Shown here: piece after piece, positions 16,096 to 23,699 of the stretch
Layout of the letters: every line of letters begins with the position of its first letter
How positions within the stretch are numbered: position 1 is the first letter of the stretch
Sequence record: ON456343.1
DNA from: Streptomyces phage Stigma
DNA length: 32,000 nucleotides
Strand: one strand, 5' to 3'
The notes under the pieces: model-generated
Databases searched by the model: none
What the model was told of the DNA's origin: nothing
The model's input: the letters and a program-made list of their open reading frames with translations, nothing else
Position numbers and translations under genes: made by a program

Positions 16096-16130
16096 GAGGG
16101 GTTGACAGCCCCTCAAGCTTCCAGTAAGGT
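16096..16130 (+). promoter_or_regulatory. hairpin-embedded promoter GAGGGG-TTGACAG-CCCCTC-AAGCTT...TAAGGT
   Basis: TTGACA 16102-16107, 17-nt spacer, TAAGGT 16125-16130. Confidence 0.7.
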
Positions 16131-16153
16131 TGTACCAACGAAGGGAGATGGAC

Positions 16154-16549
16154 ATGGAGTCCACCGAAGGTCTTAGGTTGAAGCTGACTGCTCACGCGAA
16201 TGAGCAGATGGAGAAGAAGAACGTTGACCTTGAGAGGGTTCAGGCAGCGTTTGTGAGTCCGGAAAAGCTGTACCCCAACAAGAAGTATGCAGGACAGTTC
16301 CGAGTCGTAGGAAATGGTCTCTGTCTTGTTGGAAAGCCCCAGGGCAAGGAGTTCGTTGTATTTACAATTTACGAGGATGGTGTTATGACTCCGCCTCGTC
16401 CGGACCAGCTTGACACGCCCGAAGGAAGGGCGTACGCTGAGCTGTACAATCGGGCACAGCGCACAGGAAAGGTCAGGCGACAGAACGAATACTGGCCGCG
16501 TGCCCATAAGCGAGCCGCTAGTGACATTCGTCACACTCGCATCAAGTAA
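16154..16549 (+). CDS. hypothetical protein, DUF4258-like N-terminus
   Basis: LTAHANEQMEKKNVDLERVQAAFVSPEKLY...GNGLCLVGKPQGKEFVVFTIY resembles DUF4258 layout. Confidence 0.6.
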   Translation: MESTEGLRLKLTAHANEQMEKKNVDLERVQAAFVSPEKLYPNKKYAGQFRVVGNGLCLVGKPQGKEFVVFTIYEDGVMTPPRPDQLDTPEGRAYAELYNRAQRTGKVRRQNEYWPRAHKRAASDIRHTRIK

Positions 16550-16626
16550 TTGTATCCGTGGTACTCTAGTGAAATCCGCTACCCCAGAATTGGGGTAGCG
16601 CGTAATAAACTGAGGAGTTATTTTTT

Positions 16627-17100
16627 ATGTATAGCAAGAAGACTGCGGTTATCGGAACGCTTCTTTCAGCAATGGGATTGGTGGTTTCGATTCCTGTAAG
16701 TGCTGAAGCTGCTACTATTCAGGAAAAGGCGAACAGTGTAGCTAAGGCTCAAATTGGTGACCCGTATGTTTGGGGAGGCAAGGGGCCGAATAAGTTCGAC
16801 TGTTCCGGTCTTGTTTGGTACTCATTCAAGCAGGCGGGAAAGAACTGGAGCTATCAGCCAACCAACGGAATGCGGAAGAATCAGACAAAGGATATTACAG
16901 TCAGTCAGCGTAAGGTTGGTGACTTGATTTTCTTCCGCAGGAAGGGTTCTTCTGACTGGAGTCATGTTGGTATCTACGCTGGTAGTGGATACATGGTTAA
17001 CGCTGTAAATGGAAACACATATAAGGGTGTTCGCAAGGGTAAGGTAGTTGATGGGTATTGGAATAAGTATTACAATGCCGACTACCGCCGCGTAAAGTAA
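16627..17100 (+). CDS. secreted NlpC/P60 family peptidase
   Basis: Signal peptide MYSKKTAVIGTLLSAMGLVVSIPVSAEAA; IGDPYVWGGKGPNKFDCSGLVWYSFKQAG...VGDLIFFRR...SHVGIYAGSGYMVNA. Confidence 0.93.
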   Translation: MYSKKTAVIGTLLSAMGLVVSIPVSAEAATIQEKANSVAKAQIGDPYVWGGKGPNKFDCSGLVWYSFKQAGKNWSYQPTNGMRKNQTKDITVSQRKVGDLIFFRRKGSSDWSHVGIYAGSGYMVNAVNGNTYKGVRKGKVVDGYWNKYYNADYRRVK

Positions 17101-17157
17101 GTTAGTACATATGAAATACGCGGGGTGTTGCCCTTGGCACCCCGCAAGCTTGAGGGG

Positions 17158-17186
17158 TTGACACAGTCTCCCTCACCCTGTAGATT
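17158..17186 (+). promoter_or_regulatory. promoter TTGACA-17-TAGATT
   Basis: Hexamers at 17158-17163 and 17181-17186. Confidence 0.7.
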
Positions 17187-17224
17187 AGTTGTTGTCAGAG
17201 AGACACAGACAAAAGGAGAACACA

Positions 17225-17536
17225 GTGCCCCAGGTTCGTGCGAAGAACGACCGTAGCGGTATCTATGACCTTGGTGACCACCACGACTACAGTGCTCCGA
17301 ACATTCCCGGCCCGCGTCGCGTTCCTGCCCCTGATTTCTGTCAGATGAATCAGAAGATGGAATTGAGCGTCAAGCACAATTACACCAGCGTTCGAATGGC
17401 CGGTAAGGCTGTGGTTCGGAAGCAGACTTCGGACAACATCGAGAAGCTTACCAAGGCTAAGGGCAATCTGGCGGAAGCCAAGGAAATGCTTTTCAATCAC
17501 ATTCTGACCTGCGAGACGTGCAGCAAGGGAGAGTGA
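17225..17536 (+). CDS. hypothetical protein (GTG start)
   Basis: AAGGAGAACACA-GTG; MPQVRAKNDRSGIYDLGDHHDYSAPN... Confidence 0.7.
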   Translation: MPQVRAKNDRSGIYDLGDHHDYSAPNIPGPRRVPAPDFCQMNQKMELSVKHNYTSVRMAGKAVVRKQTSDNIEKLTKAKGNLAEAKEMLFNHILTCETCSKGE

Positions 17537-17582
17537 ATTACCGCCCCGGAAACGGGGCAAGCTTCCTATCTAAGGAGATAGA

Positions 17583-17858
17583 ATGAGTATTCACGGCGGG
17601 GTTAGTCGGCAAATGACTCTTCTTAGCTTTGAATGGAAGAAGAACATTGATGAATACGATGGAACACTTGATGAGACATGGCATTTGACCATTACTCTTG
17701 GATGGTGGGATATCACAATCGAGAGAATTCCAAACCGTAAGCGCTTCAGCCTTAAGTATGGTGTCTGTGGGTTTGGATACTGGCTCAATGTTAATCGGAA
17801 CTACGAGACAATCGAAAAGCACACATTCGGAGACGCTAGCGAAAGGTTGCTGAAGTGA
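17583..17858 (+). CDS. hypothetical protein (91 aa)
   Basis: MSIHGGVSRQMTLLSFEWKKNIDEYDG... after AAGGAG. Confidence 0.7.
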   Translation: MSIHGGVSRQMTLLSFEWKKNIDEYDGTLDETWHLTITLGWWDITIERIPNRKRFSLKYGVCGFGYWLNVNRNYETIEKHTFGDASERLLK

Positions 17859-18025
17859 GGTACAAGAGGGTTAACGTTTACTTTACGCACGGTGAGCCTG
17901 CACAATTCAACTTTGTTATTGAGCAACAGAGTACAGATGGCGAATACCGATTTGAGAATCAACACTCCGGCACTCGATACACAGTGATGAAGAGGAATGT
18001 CAACTACATCGAACGGATTAAGTAA
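17855..18025 (+). CDS. hypothetical protein (56 aa, GTG start)
   Basis: GTGA overlap; MRYKRVNVYFTHGEPAQFNFVIEQQSTDGEYRFENQHSGTRYTVMKRNVNYIERIK. Confidence 0.6.
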   Translation: MRYKRVNVYFTHGEPAQFNFVIEQQSTDGEYRFENQHSGTRYTVMKRNVNYIERIK

Positions 18026-18120
18026 TGGATGATAACGACATGCATCCAGGCTCTTGCCTTCTGTGGCTTGTTGCGATAGGGTTGTTTATCTGGTTGATGG
18101 TTGACCTGGCAGTTAATTGA
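18025..18120 (+). CDS. micro membrane protein (31 aa)
   Basis: TAATG overlap; MDDNDMHPGSCLLWLVAIGLFIWLMVDLAVN. Confidence 0.5.
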   Translation: MDDNDMHPGSCLLWLVAIGLFIWLMVDLAVN

Positions 18121-18191
18121 TTTACCGCCCGGCTATGTCGGGCAAGCTTTCCACCTAGACTATAAAGGGTTATAGAGACTAGGAGGATAAA

Positions 18192-18347
18192 ATGAATGTG
18201 TGGGTTGTAACAGAAGGAAATTGCACTTGCTGTAACTGGTATGTTGGCGGGGTTTTCTCTACAGAAGAGAAGGTTAATGTCTATATCTCAACGAGTACAT
18301 ATCAGTATTCTGAAGTTGACGAAGCCGTAATTGACGAAGAGGATTAA
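18192..18347 (+). CDS. hypothetical protein (51 aa)
   Basis: AGGAGGATAAA-ATG; MNVWVVTEGNCTCCNWYVGGVFSTEEKVNVYISTSTYQYSEVDEAVIDEED. Confidence 0.65.
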   Translation: MNVWVVTEGNCTCCNWYVGGVFSTEEKVNVYISTSTYQYSEVDEAVIDEED

Positions 18348-18349
18348 AA

Positions 18350-18919
18350 ATGACTGTTTTCTTTACGAGTGACACGCACTTTGGTCATCAGCGAATTATC
18401 GAGCTGTGTGAGCGGCCCTTCGATTCTGTTGATGAAATGAATGAGGCAATGATTGAGCGCTGGAATGCAGTGGTCAAGCCTACTGATGTTGTTTACCATC
18501 TTGGTGATGTGGCTCTCGGAAAGATTGCTGAGTCCCTTCCCCTTGTTGGTAGGCTCAATGGTGACATTGCTCTGGTTCCTGGAAACCATGACCGCATCTT
18601 CTCTGGTGAAAAGGAGAAGATGCGCGTTCGGTTCGATGCAGAGTACCGCAAGGTGTTTGCTAGCATCCTCCCTGAGAGCCTTGTAACGTCCGTGGGAGGC
18701 TTTGACGTAGTCCTGAGCCACTTCCCCTACGTTGGGGACTCTCACGGGGCAGACAGGCACGCTGACAAGCGTCCGAAGGATGAGGGTCTTCCTATCATCC
18801 ACGGTCACGTTCACGATGAGTGGAAGCACAATGGTAGGATGTTCAATGTTGGTGTTGACGTCAACGACTTCCGTCCGGTTCATGTGGATGAGGTAGTTGA
18901 CTGGCTGCGAAGCCTGTAG
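18350..18919 (+). CDS. calcineurin-like metallophosphoesterase
   Basis: FFTSDTHFGH...VVYHLGDVALG...LVPGNHDRIF...VVLSHFPY...IIHGHVHDEW: full metal-binding motif set. Confidence 0.93.
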   Translation: MTVFFTSDTHFGHQRIIELCERPFDSVDEMNEAMIERWNAVVKPTDVVYHLGDVALGKIAESLPLVGRLNGDIALVPGNHDRIFSGEKEKMRVRFDAEYRKVFASILPESLVTSVGGFDVVLSHFPYVGDSHGADRHADKRPKDEGLPIIHGHVHDEWKHNGRMFNVGVDVNDFRPVHVDEVVDWLRSL

Positions 18920-18978
18920 TACAGTGGGTGTTGTTCGAAAGAGCAACACCCAAGCTTCCTTAACTAAGGAGAGACATG

Positions 18979-19281
18979 GAATGGTTTCACTTTAGCTGGT
19001 TTGACTTGATAGCTCTAGGATTGATTGCTTATGGGGCTTGGAAGTCAATTTACCGGTTGCCGGTAGGCATGGACCCAACAAGAATTTATGCCTGGTATGC
19101 TGGACTAGCATGGACGGTTCTCGGTGTTATTCGAATCTATGAAGGCAGACATGTTAGTGCTGCCATAGATGCCGGATTGGCTGCATGGGAATTTTATCGC
19201 TGGTGGAATTCGGGCGGTGGCGATGGAGTCAAGAACTTCCTTCAGAGCCTTGTCATGAAGCCTGCCTATGCTGTAAGGTAG
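18979..19281 (+). CDS. membrane protein (~100 aa)
   Basis: ORF in track 18976-19281; hydrophobic segments FDLIALGLIAYGAW and YAGLAWTVLGVIRI. Confidence 0.65.
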   Translation, partial: EWFHFSWFDLIALGLIAYGAWKSIYRLPVGMDPTRIYAWYAGLAWTVLGVIRIYEGRHVSAAIDAGLAAWEFYRWWNSGGGDGVKNFLQSLVMKPAYAVR

Positions 19282-19333
19282 TAACACAGCGAGGGCGAGA
19301 GTCCTCGCAAGCTTCCCGACACTAAGGAGAATG

Positions 19334-19792
19334 ATGGACCTCTTTACTGCTGAGAGAAACGCAAAGCTGCTGATGGCTGCTCATGGTCTTACTGAAAAGG
19401 GTTGGCGTTTCGAGTGGGATAACGCCGCCCGTCGATTTGGTCAGTGTCGTTATGGTACTAAGACGATTTCTATGTCTCGTCAGCTTACCATGCAGCGCTC
19501 ACCTGAGTCCGTTCGAAACACCATGCTGCATGAAATTGCTCATGCTCTTGTGGGCCACGCTGCGGGTCACGGGCGGATTTGGCAGGCTAAGGCAATCTCT
19601 ATCGGATGTGATGGAAAGCGCTGCTCTGATGACAAGGTTGAGGTAGCCTATAAGTACGTGGCTAAGTGCCCTTCTGGTCATATTTCTAAGAAGTACCTTC
19701 GTAAGCCTCGTGCATCTGCCAGGCCGCGTTCCTGCGGAACTTGCAGCCCGGTTTACAACCCCAAGTATGCAATTAGGGTGGTGGCTATTTAA
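19334..19792 (+). CDS. SprT-like zinc metalloprotease
   Basis: NTMLHEIAHALVGHAAGHGRIWQ (HExxH) and C-terminal zinc ribbon C..GH...CG.C. Confidence 0.85.
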   Translation: MDLFTAERNAKLLMAAHGLTEKGWRFEWDNAARRFGQCRYGTKTISMSRQLTMQRSPESVRNTMLHEIAHALVGHAAGHGRIWQAKAISIGCDGKRCSDDKVEVAYKYVAKCPSGHISKKYLRKPRASARPRSCGTCSPVYNPKYAIRVVAI

Positions 19793-19971
19793 TGAAGGAA
19801 ACTGTTCCTTTCAACATTTACAAGGAACATGCCAAGATGGGTCATCAGTGGAGAGATAAGACTGATGACAATGAGAGACGGAATATCGATACAGTCAACA
19901 AAAGACTTTACATTTGTTCTTGTGGTTGGCTAGGATGGTTTGCGACTGTTGACCTGAATACTGTGAATTAA
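19792..19971 (+). CDS. hypothetical protein (59 aa)
   Basis: TAATG overlap; MKETVPFNIYKEHAKMGHQWRDKTDDNERRNIDTVNKRLYICSCGWLGWFATVDLNTVN. Confidence 0.6.
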   Translation: MKETVPFNIYKEHAKMGHQWRDKTDDNERRNIDTVNKRLYICSCGWLGWFATVDLNTVN

Positions 19972-20004
19972 TTTAAGCGGGGAGAGAAAATCTCCCCGCC
20001 AAGC

Positions 20005-20033
20005 TTGACAGACCACGTTCTGTCGGATAGGGT
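20005..20033 (+). promoter_or_regulatory. promoter TTGACA-17-TAGGGT, leaderless-type, fused to AAGCTT
   Basis: TTGACA overlaps AAGCTT (AAGCTTGACA); ATG at 20040, 6 nt after the -10. Confidence 0.7.
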
Positions 20034-20039
20034 AGCATC

Positions 20040-20264
20040 ATGAAGAACGAAGTAAACGACCTATTTTCACCAATCTTCTGGAAGTCTGTTGCAACTCGAC
20101 AGACTAACGGAGAGAGGTATGGGCAGGCTGTGTTTAACTCTGCCTATGGACTTTTTCCCAACGAGGTTGGCGAGATGGTTGCAACAGAGCTTGACCCGTT
20201 CTATGATGACAGTAGAGTCAAGCTTTTTCTTGCTGGACTCACTAACAGACTTGACAAGGAGTAG
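20040..20264 (+). CDS. hypothetical protein (74 aa)
   Basis: MKNEVNDLFSPIFWKSVATRQTNGERYGQAVFNSAYGLFPNEVGEM... Confidence 0.65.
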   Translation: MKNEVNDLFSPIFWKSVATRQTNGERYGQAVFNSAYGLFPNEVGEMVATELDPFYDDSRVKLFLAGLTNRLDKE

Positions 20265-20266
20265 TC

Positions 20267-20716
20267 ATGGATGCTTATATGGTGTATCACCGCGATGCCA
20301 ATTCATGGAACTCTGGGAACGAACTTCCCGTGGCTGTGTTCCTTGACAAGAGCAAGGCGGAAGAGTATGCTTCTAAGCAACCTGGTTACGGACTGAACAC
20401 AGATTGGTTCGTGAAGCCGGTTCCCTTTAACTCGGAGGTTGGAATGACTGACTGGACTGAGACCCTTGTAAACGAGCTGAGCAATCAGTACAATGTTCCT
20501 GCAAGCGTGAATGGTAACATCGTTAAGTCTGTTGAGGTTGACCTTCCCGGTCGTCACACCCTTGACATTACCAGTCACAGCCTGTATGGTTTCATTCTGA
20601 CTCTCACCATTGGTGACGAAACCGGCGGGGTTGCGTACGAGCAGACTCTTGCTACTTGTGTCAGTGAGAAGCATCTTGCTGACGATGTTGCAGGGATTTA
20701 CAATTCCTACGAATGA
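20267..20716 (+). CDS. hypothetical protein (149 aa)
   Basis: MDAYMVYHRDANSWNSGNELPVAVFLDKSKAEEYASKQPG... Confidence 0.75.
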   Translation: MDAYMVYHRDANSWNSGNELPVAVFLDKSKAEEYASKQPGYGLNTDWFVKPVPFNSEVGMTDWTETLVNELSNQYNVPASVNGNIVKSVEVDLPGRHTLDITSHSLYGFILTLTIGDETGGVAYEQTLATCVSEKHLADDVAGIYNSYE

Positions 20717-20722
20717 GGGGTA

Positions 20723-20914
20723 ATGGGAATCAAAAGGTGGACAGACCTTACCGCATCTGAGAAGATGCAATGGTTTGATAATTCGATAAGGATTCATGAA
20801 GACCTTCCTATTCAAAAGAAGCGTAAGATTTGGGCGCGGATTGAAAAGGAACGGAAGAAGTCAGAGCAGAGAGCTAAGAGGCGTAAGCCTAAGTGGTGGC
20901 AGCGTAAGAAGTAA
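20723..20914 (+). CDS. basic small protein (63 aa)
   Basis: MGIKRWTDLTASEKMQWFDNSIRIHEDLPIQKKRKIWARIEKERKK... Confidence 0.65.
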   Translation: MGIKRWTDLTASEKMQWFDNSIRIHEDLPIQKKRKIWARIEKERKKSEQRAKRRKPKWWQRKK

Positions 20915-20920
20915 ACGTGT

Positions 20921-20957
20921 GGGGGAGGTTGACAGACCTCCCCCAAGCTTGTAAGGT
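20921..20957 (+). promoter_or_regulatory. hairpin-embedded promoter GGGGGAGGT-TGACAG-ACCTCCCCC-AAGCTT-G-TAAGGT
   Basis: 9-bp perfect stem; TTGACA 20929-20934; 17-nt spacer; TAAGGT 20952-20957. Confidence 0.75.
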
Positions 20958-20979
20958 AGTAGTCAACCGAAGGAGAGAG

Positions 20980-21177
20980 ATGAAGAAGTCAACGCTCTTT
21001 GAGATTGAAGCTGTACTAGCATTCTTTATGTTCTTCCCCAATGCCATTGTATCTGTTCGATACATGGTTGAAAGGGATACGGTTGATGCAGGTAGCACCG
21101 CTTTTGCTGGTGCTGGTCTATTTTTCCTTGTTCTGTTCGGTCTTCTGGCGATTGACGCCAAGAACGCCGGTCAGTAA
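20980..21177 (+). CDS. small membrane protein (65 aa)
   Basis: MKKSTLFEIEAVLAFFMFFPNAIVSVRYMVERDTVDAGSTAFAGAGLFFLVLFGLLAIDAKNAGQ after GGAGAG. Confidence 0.7.
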   Translation: MKKSTLFEIEAVLAFFMFFPNAIVSVRYMVERDTVDAGSTAFAGAGLFFLVLFGLLAIDAKNAGQ

Positions 21178-21231
21178 CTTGACAGGCAGGCGAGAGTCTG
21201 CCAAGCTTGTACCACAACGAAGGGAAACGAA

Positions 21232-21492
21232 ATGCTTGACAAGATGATTCTCAAGAACTACCCTGGCATTCAGGTCGGTGGTGCTTTTGAGTGGATTTAC
21301 AAGTATGTGCCCATCGGTGTTCTTAACGAACTGATTCGTGACATCAACAAGGTCTTGACTCCCGATGAGGTTGCTAGTATTATCTTCATCAGGGCTGGTG
21401 GTACGAGCCAGTATGGAAACACCACCTGGAGTTTCCGAGTCGAGTACAATGGATTCGCAAGCTACTTCGATTACGACCGAAAGGAAGACTGA
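21232..21492 (+). CDS. hypothetical protein (86 aa)
   Basis: MLDKMILKNYPGIQVGGAFEWIYKYVPIGVL... Confidence 0.7.
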   Translation: MLDKMILKNYPGIQVGGAFEWIYKYVPIGVLNELIRDINKVLTPDEVASIIFIRAGGTSQYGNTTWSFRVEYNGFASYFDYDRKED

Positions 21493-21500
21493 ACTTGAAG

Positions 21501-21626
21501 ATGCTCGGTAAGCGTGGTCAGCCGTTCTGTGGTAGCAAGTGCTGTGGTGAGAAGCGGGCAAAGAAGGCTCACACCCGCCGTATGAAGCGTCGTGAGCGTG
21601 GTTCCCGCGCCTGGCGTAGCTTCTAG
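21501..21626 (+). CDS. very basic micro-protein (41 aa) with CGSKCCG
   Basis: MLGKRGQPFCGSKCCGEKRAKKAHTRRMKRRERGSRAWRSF. Confidence 0.5.
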   Translation: MLGKRGQPFCGSKCCGEKRAKKAHTRRMKRRERGSRAWRSF

Positions 21627-21637
21627 AAAATCGGGGG

Positions 21638-21666
21638 TTGACAGAAAAACCTCCTAGCTGTAAGGT
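21638..21666 (+). promoter_or_regulatory. promoter TTGACA-17-TAAGGT
   Basis: Upstream of the structured non-coding segment and tRNA-like element. Confidence 0.7.
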
Positions 21667-21672
21667 AGTACC

Positions 21673-21907
21673 AACGCAAGACGGTGAGGGAAGGCGCACT
21701 AAGACTCCCGACCCTCACCAAGCTTGAAAGGTCGAATTGCCTCTTGGTAATGAGTTCGTAGGTAAAAGTCCGTTGCGAGCGGAATGAATGGCAACCTACT
21801 GCGGCTAACCTTTCTCCTAGACGCCTGATGACCCCCGGATTATGGATTTGATAGTCGCGAATATCAATTACCATAACATCGGTTGCAAACGATAAAGGGG
21901 TGAGGGG
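21673..21907 (+). ncRNA. structured non-coding leader or ncRNA
   Basis: GGTGAGGG/CCCTCACC hairpin (about 21683-21719) followed by AAGCTT; GTAGGT (21758-21763)/ACCTAC (21794-21799) enclosing TCCG/CGGA; no credible CDS. Confidence 0.45.
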
Positions 21908-21973
21908 TGCGCTATAGTGAAAATGGCAAACACACTCGTAAGAGGGGTTCCGGTTCGAATCCGGATAGCGTAC
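21908..21973 (+). tRNA. tRNA-like element with truncated anticodon arm (degenerate or atypical tRNA)
   Basis: Acceptor TGCGCTA/TAGCGTA, D arm GTG...CAC with GG, T arm TCCGG-TTCGAAT-CCGGA; only 14 nt between position 26 and the T stem. Confidence 0.5.
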
Positions 21974-22031
21974 TGGTGTGAGGTACCATAAAACCTCAAT
22001 AACCCATCCGAATCTGAAAGGTCTGACAAAC

Positions 22032-22220
22032 ATGATGATTCCCGCTCCCCGACTCCCCGAGGTTGACGCGTACAAGTGCCGTGAGGATGGCTGTGACGGC
22101 TTCTACCAGCCTTATCGGGATGGTTCACTGTCCTGCTACTGTGGCAGTGTTTCTAGCCTCTCTGTGGACGACGTAGAGGTTCCCGTGGGTGTTCTTGCGC
22201 TCACTCTGGAAGAGTGCTAA
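22032..22220 (+). CDS. small zinc-ribbon protein
   Basis: KCREDGCDGFYQPYRDGSLSCYCGSV...; start (ATGATG) uncertain. Confidence 0.6.
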   Translation: MMIPAPRLPEVDAYKCREDGCDGFYQPYRDGSLSCYCGSVSSLSVDDVEVPVGVLALTLEEC

Positions 22221-22283
22221 GGTTGTTCCAACGGCGGGGAACAAAAGTTCCCCGCAAGCTTCCCTTAACTAAGGAGATTAGAA

Positions 22284-22535
22284 ATGGTTGACCCTACGCA
22301 GTTTGAGCGTATTGAGGTTCGTTATGCAAGTCGGCATCCTATGGGCACTGAGTACGGTCCTTTCCGGGTAGTGGGAATTACCAACGGTGGGGATTCGTTC
22401 TTTGAGGGTGACGGCGATTCCGAAACCGTTCTCTATGGGGATATTCCCACCAAGCAAATTGCTAACAAGGTTCTTGATGTATACCTTACGGAATATGTCA
22501 AGGATAAGTATTTCAGTGGGTACATTGACTGCTGA
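22284..22535 (+). CDS. hypothetical protein (83 aa)
   Basis: MVDPTQFERIEVRYASRHPMGTEYGPFRVVG... Confidence 0.7.
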   Translation: MVDPTQFERIEVRYASRHPMGTEYGPFRVVGITNGGDSFFEGDGDSETVLYGDIPTKQIANKVLDVYLTEYVKDKYFSGYIDC

Positions 22536-22583
22536 AATCCGGGCGGGTTTCCCGCCCAAGCTTCTCTATACAAGGAGAGTACA

Positions 22584-22778
22584 ATGGATTGGTTCTGGCT
22601 CAAGTTTATTTCCCTGTGTCTGGTGATTGTTGCCGTTGCGGCTGGAATTGTGTGGGTTATTGTAGACCACCAACAGTGGCTAGACGAACAGCAAAACAAG
22701 CAGGACCGCTGTATTGCGGCTGGTGGCATGTGGATTGACAATCGTAACACCGAAGGGTATTGTTTCTTCAACAAGTGA
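22584..22778 (+). CDS. single-TM protein with C..GGxW...YC tail (64 aa)
   Basis: MDWFWLKFISLCLVIVAVAAGIVWVIVDHQQWLDEQQNKQDRCIAAGGMWIDNRNTEGYCFFNK. Confidence 0.7.
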   Translation: MDWFWLKFISLCLVIVAVAAGIVWVIVDHQQWLDEQQNKQDRCIAAGGMWIDNRNTEGYCFFNK

Positions 22779-22787
22779 GGATACAGA

Positions 22788-23138
22788 ATGCTAATTGTAC
22801 AGGCACGCGAAATGTCTGAGGGTGACAAGATGCGTGATACTGTTAGGGGAGAGGAAATCTCCTTTCTTGCGGGTCCTTTTCAAGACCTTAACCGCGCAGT
22901 TTATCATGTAGTAGGTCGAAACGAAGATGGGATTGTTAAGTTGTACAATCTCATGGAGGTTGCCAGCATCGTTGTTCCTGAAGTTGGAGAAGTCTGGAAG
23001 GATTCTTCTGATTCGATGGCTTACATCGATGTGGTTTCCAATGGATATGTTATCTTCAGATATTTGAAGAATGACACAAAGGAAAACGCCACTACAATGA
23101 CACTTCGTCGCTTCGTCAAGTATTACTATAAGGTTTGA
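22788..23138 (+). CDS. hypothetical protein (116 aa)
   Basis: MLIVQAREMSEGDKMRDTVRGEEISFLAGPFQDLNRAVYHVVGRNEDG... Confidence 0.65.
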   Translation: MLIVQAREMSEGDKMRDTVRGEEISFLAGPFQDLNRAVYHVVGRNEDGIVKLYNLMEVASIVVPEVGEVWKDSSDSMAYIDVVSNGYVIFRYLKNDTKENATTMTLRRFVKYYYKV

Positions 23139-23192
23139 TTTTCGGCGGGTTCTTAAATGAGCCCGCAAGCTTCCCAACTATCAAAGGACAAG

Positions 23193-23699
23193 GTAATGGT
23201 TGGATTTGAAGAAGAAGCCAAGGTAATTGCTCTTTGGGACATGGAGTATGACGAAGAGGATTGTGAATACAATGCTCCCGAAGGCTTTGAATATCTTGGA
23301 GAGGGAGCAAGTAGGGTTGCTTACCGGAGCTTGGCTAGTGGATTCGTCTATAAGAGGCATTACTATCCTGACGATGACACAAATGAATTCGAGTACATGA
23401 ATATCCTTCGAATCAAGGACATTCCGCTGAAGGGTTGGCGGGTTCCTGATGCTACTCTTTACCACATTGAGGGTGAGCAAATCATCGCAATGGAGTTTAT
23501 TGAGGGTGGTATGGATATTCACTGTCAGCGTTCCTATAAGTTCTGGAACAAGGATTGTGATTGCGGTAAGCCTTTCGGTGTCTGTACTGCCGAAGCATGG
23601 GAGCAGCCGGAAGGTAAGTGGCATGTAGAAGATTTGCACATCGGAAATATCATTCTTCAAGAGGACGGTTGCCGAGTCCTTATCGATTTGGGAGCTTGA
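23193..23699 (+). CDS. protein-kinase-fold-like protein (paralog A)
   Basis: FEYLGEGASRVAYRSLASGFVYKRH...IIAMEFIEGG...WHVEDLHIGNIILQEDGCRVLIDLGA. Confidence 0.65.
   Translation, partial: VMVGFEEEAKVIALWDMEYDEEDCEYNAPEGFEYLGEGASRVAYRSLASGFVYKRHYYPDDDTNEFEYMNILRIKDIPLKGWRVPDATLYHIEGEQIIAMEFIEGGMDIHCQRSYKFWNKDCDCGKPFGVCTAEAWEQPEGKWHVEDLHIGNIILQEDGCRVLIDLGA

Noticed and set aside
20223-20228. AAGCTT at 20223 as a module copy
   Set aside because: It lies inside the CDS 20040-20264 with no GC hairpin, so it is treated as a chance occurrence.
21179-21208. TTGACA at 21179 as another hairpin-linked promoter
   Set aside because: No acceptable -10 hexamer occurs 16-18 nt downstream (the position is occupied by CAAGCT/AAGCTT).
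21880-21973. tmRNA hypothesis (GCA AAC GAT AAA GGG GTG AGG GGT GCG CTA TAG reads ANDKGVRGAL*)
   Set aside because: The 7-bp acceptor pairs locally with TGCGCTA next to a D arm, no distant 5' partner was found, and the tag does not end in the usual ALAA-like residues. It is more likely a short tRNA-like element.
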